A stretch of 64,000 nucleotides of DNA, from positions 12,648,001 to 12,712,000 of the forward strand of contig NW_024704752.1 of the NCBI RefSeq assembly GCF_018977255.1. The letters run 5' to 3'. The position numbers and the translations under genes were made by a program. Below, piece by piece: positions 60,478 through 64,000 of this stretch. How positions within the stretch are numbered: the stretch's first letter is position 1; every line of letters begins with the position of its first letter. The notes beneath the pieces are model-generated. The model did no database searches, had not been told where the DNA came from, and saw only the letters and a list, made by a program, of their open reading frames with translations. This DNA comes from Callorhinchus milii. Taxonomy: Eukaryota.

Positions 60478-62841
60478 GTTCTTTATTGAAGGCAAACTAG
60501 AAAATGTGCATCCTTATAAAGCTCAGACGAGTTGGAATGCCAAAATGGTTTTCATGCTTGTTTACTGTAGGTTTTTCTAATGTTTCTGGGCACTTTCCAT
60601 TGCACATCAAAAGGCATTCAAATATCTTCACTGTTTGTATGTTAGACATGCAAATCCTCACATAAATGTTGTGTTCAGGCCAATGGATGCATGCATTGCA
60701 ATTAGCATGGGAGGGGAAAAATTACAGTATGGATCCTGTGACATGGGAATATAAAAAAAATACACTTTGTATGTGTACCTAAATTTAAACCGTACAGGTT
60801 GGGGGTGGGGGAGCGGTCTGCTCAATCCCATAATCCTTGTGCTCATGTGAATTAGAAAGGGGGGAAAAAAAAGCAACATCCCACCAACACTACAAGATTT
60901 TGGCAGACACTGTGTGCCACATTAAATCTCATATGCTAATGATGTGCTGGAATTTGGTTCCTAACCCGTTCCTGCACTGGGGATATTCCGCAGTAGAGTC
61001 TGCACTGTATGTGTCTGATCCTCTGACACTGTAAACCAAGAGGGAGGGAAGGGGAGCAGCTCGCACAGCTTATGAAAGGGACGCTCTTCTCCTTTTATAG
61101 CTCAGGCCTTGCCCACTATCAGTAATGTTGCTCCTGATGTCTGGGGTCTCACTATCTTCCTGTAAGGAGGTGGGAGTGGTGGTGGTCTTTAAAGATTGGG
61201 GTGGTTTGAGAAACTCACCTCCTTCAAACCTAAATGAAACACTAAGACATTGAAACTGAAATGTTCCTTAGGAGCTTGCCGGTGCTGCCAGTTCTCTTGC
61301 AACTTCCCTTAACTCTTGAGAGACTCTGCTACCAGAGCTGCAGCCACGAGCATTGAAGCCATTCACTATCCAGACCTAGTTTCCACTCATTTTTCAGTGT
61401 TTTCAATTGTCATAATTCAAGGCCAGGCCACATCTGCCTCCACGTTTCTCTTTTTTTTTTTACTGCCTATGATTCTAGTTTTACACTTTGTTTAAGACAC
61501 CTTGCAGCCACTCCAGGGATACATTCAGTGGACAGTCAATTGGATTATTCAAGCATTTGTAACGCGCATTCAATTCACTTTATTGACTTGATGATAACAA
61601 AATCTGGGCCCCTGTTTGGGGAAAATGGTGATTTGGTTAGACCCTATTTGGGACGAAATCCCACCTGGGTCTAGATTTATGCTTCTATGTAGCATTTTTA
61701 AGAACGACAGAAAACAAACTTCAAAATTAAGACTGAATTCAACAATTCGCCAAATTCTGAACGTTCTTAAAATCTACATAAAAGTATAAATCTAGACATA
61801 GATAGAATTTCTTCCCATGTGTTTAGTTGAAAGCCTGCAGCAGGCAGTGCCCCTTGCACTATGCATAGAGCTGTAGCAGTATTTAACCAGTTTTATGCAT
61901 GAACGACAGTATTAGAATAGTAATCTTTGCATGTGGTAGAACATTAACTGCCTCTCTCTGCTCCCGGATGCTGCTTGTGTAGATGTTCTGTTTGCTGGCA
62001 CTTTAAGTACAAGGTGGGATCTGCATTGGACACTTATGTGTGTACAGCTCTGGGATCCACTTTGAAGGTTAGATCATTTAGAGAAATGCACACATCTTGG
62101 CAGAATACTAGTTTGATTTTTCAAAAATCAGATTTTCTTTGGCTAATCTTCTCAGGGCCTTCAGTGTGAGACTTTCTCCTCTGACACACACAGATAAAGT
62201 TGGGAACACGAGTTATAGTCTGGTTAGCTTGACTTCCCTGATCTGGACTGAGCAAGCCATGGAAATTAGGTCTTTCTAAGATCACCAGGGCACTATTGAG
62301 TTGTACATTCTACAGGGTCTTAACATACGACAATCGCTAAAAATGGCGATCTTTTCTTTGTGTTTATAATGGGCTGTCCTCCATTATAAGCAATGAATAT
62401 TTTTTAAAAATTGCTACTTTTTGGCATCTGATGTGTAATAGACCCCATCCCCCACAGCACAGTGTTGGCAGTTCAGCTGTGTTGTCAGCTGGTAATGTGG
62501 CAGATCCAGTGTAGGATCAGTTGAAATTCATTATGTAAAAGTACCAGAAAGTAATATGCCAGGCTTTTCCTCTTGTTTAAACCAGCAATGTGCTGGTACC
62601 ATTCTTTCTTGCCCGCCCAAACTGCTACCTTCCTCTAAGGATCGTAGCATTGAAGGGTTTTTGAGAAACGATGAGCGATTTGGCACTGGCCTATTTTCAC
62701 TGCTCACGCCTGTTGAAGTCTTCCATGTTGATGCAATACACAGAACAAGCAGTTTCCATGTGAGACCATTGGCCTTAACTCTGAATGGAGATATGCAAAT
62801 GTACAGGAGATATGGATGACACTGGAATTTTATAAATCCAA

Positions 62842-62847
62842 AATAAA
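62842..62847 (+). terminator. Candidate distal HDLBP polyadenylation signal
   Basis: AATAAA followed by GT-rich tgtactggtggtggtgattctgtt. Confidence 0.4.
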
Positions 62848-64000
62848 AAAAATTGAATAAGTAGTACTTCTGTACTGGTGGTGGTGATTCTGTTCAACAA
62901 AACCCGTGTAAGGATTCTACTGCTACACATAAAACACTAGTTGATGTATTTTGAATGAAATCACACGATTCTCTTTAGTGGCAGGGTATTACAATGTTGT
63001 ACTCGCAGGGAGCTTGATGCACATTTTACTCTGCTGACTCTGACTTCTATCTTTGAATCAGTCTGTTAATGTGTATTGGGTAAATCAGTGATGCTTTTGC
63101 CTGTGAGACAGATGTGAACTACACAGCATCTCCCGTGGTTCAGAGGTAATGCATCTGGCAAAGCCGGTCAGGTCTACAATAATACAAGGCAGCTGTTGAG
63201 CTGGATCTTGTTGCCCTGAGTGCCAAATAGTATGGTTCCAGCTAGTCAAACACAGTAATGGTGCTGCAGGAAATGAACATTCATTTGCAACGATGATGCA
63301 CTCAGAAGATTGATCTTTCCTGCAAGTGAATTGCATAAATCTAAGATGACAAGAGGTAATTTCAACAAACTACCGAAACATCTGAATGCAGTCACTATAA
63401 GTATTAATGAATCAATCAATGAGTATTCATTTAAATAGTAAACATAAAAAGTGAAGCAGTCGAGTTCATGGAAATTGAAATCATTTGTTTACTTCTGTTC
63501 GAGATACAATCGCTCACGATTACTTACCATTTACACCCACTGAGACCTGTTTCACTTATTGGTTGGCCCTCTATCTTCCCCCCCACCCCCTTGATTCACA
63601 AACACATCATGGTACAGCCATACAGCCACCCTCTGGTTTCCCTGTTCATCCGGCCTTCATAGAAAAGTACACATTTTCTGCAGAGAAGGTGGTTATTAAG
63701 CTCATTTTGTCAGGTGCTTTTTCCAAAAAAATTCCTTTTTTTAAAAAAATTCCACTTTCCAGCTCTCTCCCAAACTAAGGAAAGTTGCTAATAATTGGAG
63801 CGAGGTGGGTAGTTACAGGCATCCCCTTAGAGTAGCCTGTTGGTTGTTGGGATATTGCAGAATGCACAAGAAAACTAGCATCCTTCCATAACCAAGTGTT
63901 ACTACACTTAACAATTTGCAATGCATGGAGCCTTGTTCACCCACAAAACACAGTCATGTCACTTTACAGTATATGAAGCACTTTAGGAATCCCTCCCAAC

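Overview
Eukaryotic (vertebrate) genomic DNA. The repeat content (CR1 and L2 LINE relics, tRNA-headed Deu-type SINEs) points to a cartilaginous fish, possibly a chimaera; this is inference. Two spliced genes lie head-to-head. Septin-2 (SEPT2) is on the - strand: 9 coding exons traced at 13719->2967 (or 2928), with candidate non-coding first exons in a CpG island at ~21.4-21.85 kb. Its last two coding exons were not found and probably lie left of the window. Vigilin (HDLBP) is complete on the + strand: 26 GT-AG coding exons at 42321-59385 (3789 nt, 1262 aa, 14 KH motifs), a non-coding exon at 38495-38570 and a promoter CpG island at ~26.8-27.6 kb. Most ORFs in the supplied track are spurious, exon read-throughs or LINE relics. 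Highlights: (1) a Q5-ML-Q15 polyglutamine tract at the septin-2 N-terminus next to a phase-0 acceptor; (2) a spliced, non-AUG (ACG) 23-codon uORF in the HDLBP leader whose stop overlaps the main ATG, preceded by a CUG mini-uORF; (3) an in-frame alternative donor adding 13 aa to septin-2; (4) a split promoter region with a 29-bp tandem array and inverted SINEs; (5) a palindromic two-strand poly(A) signal. No prokaryotic-type system is present.
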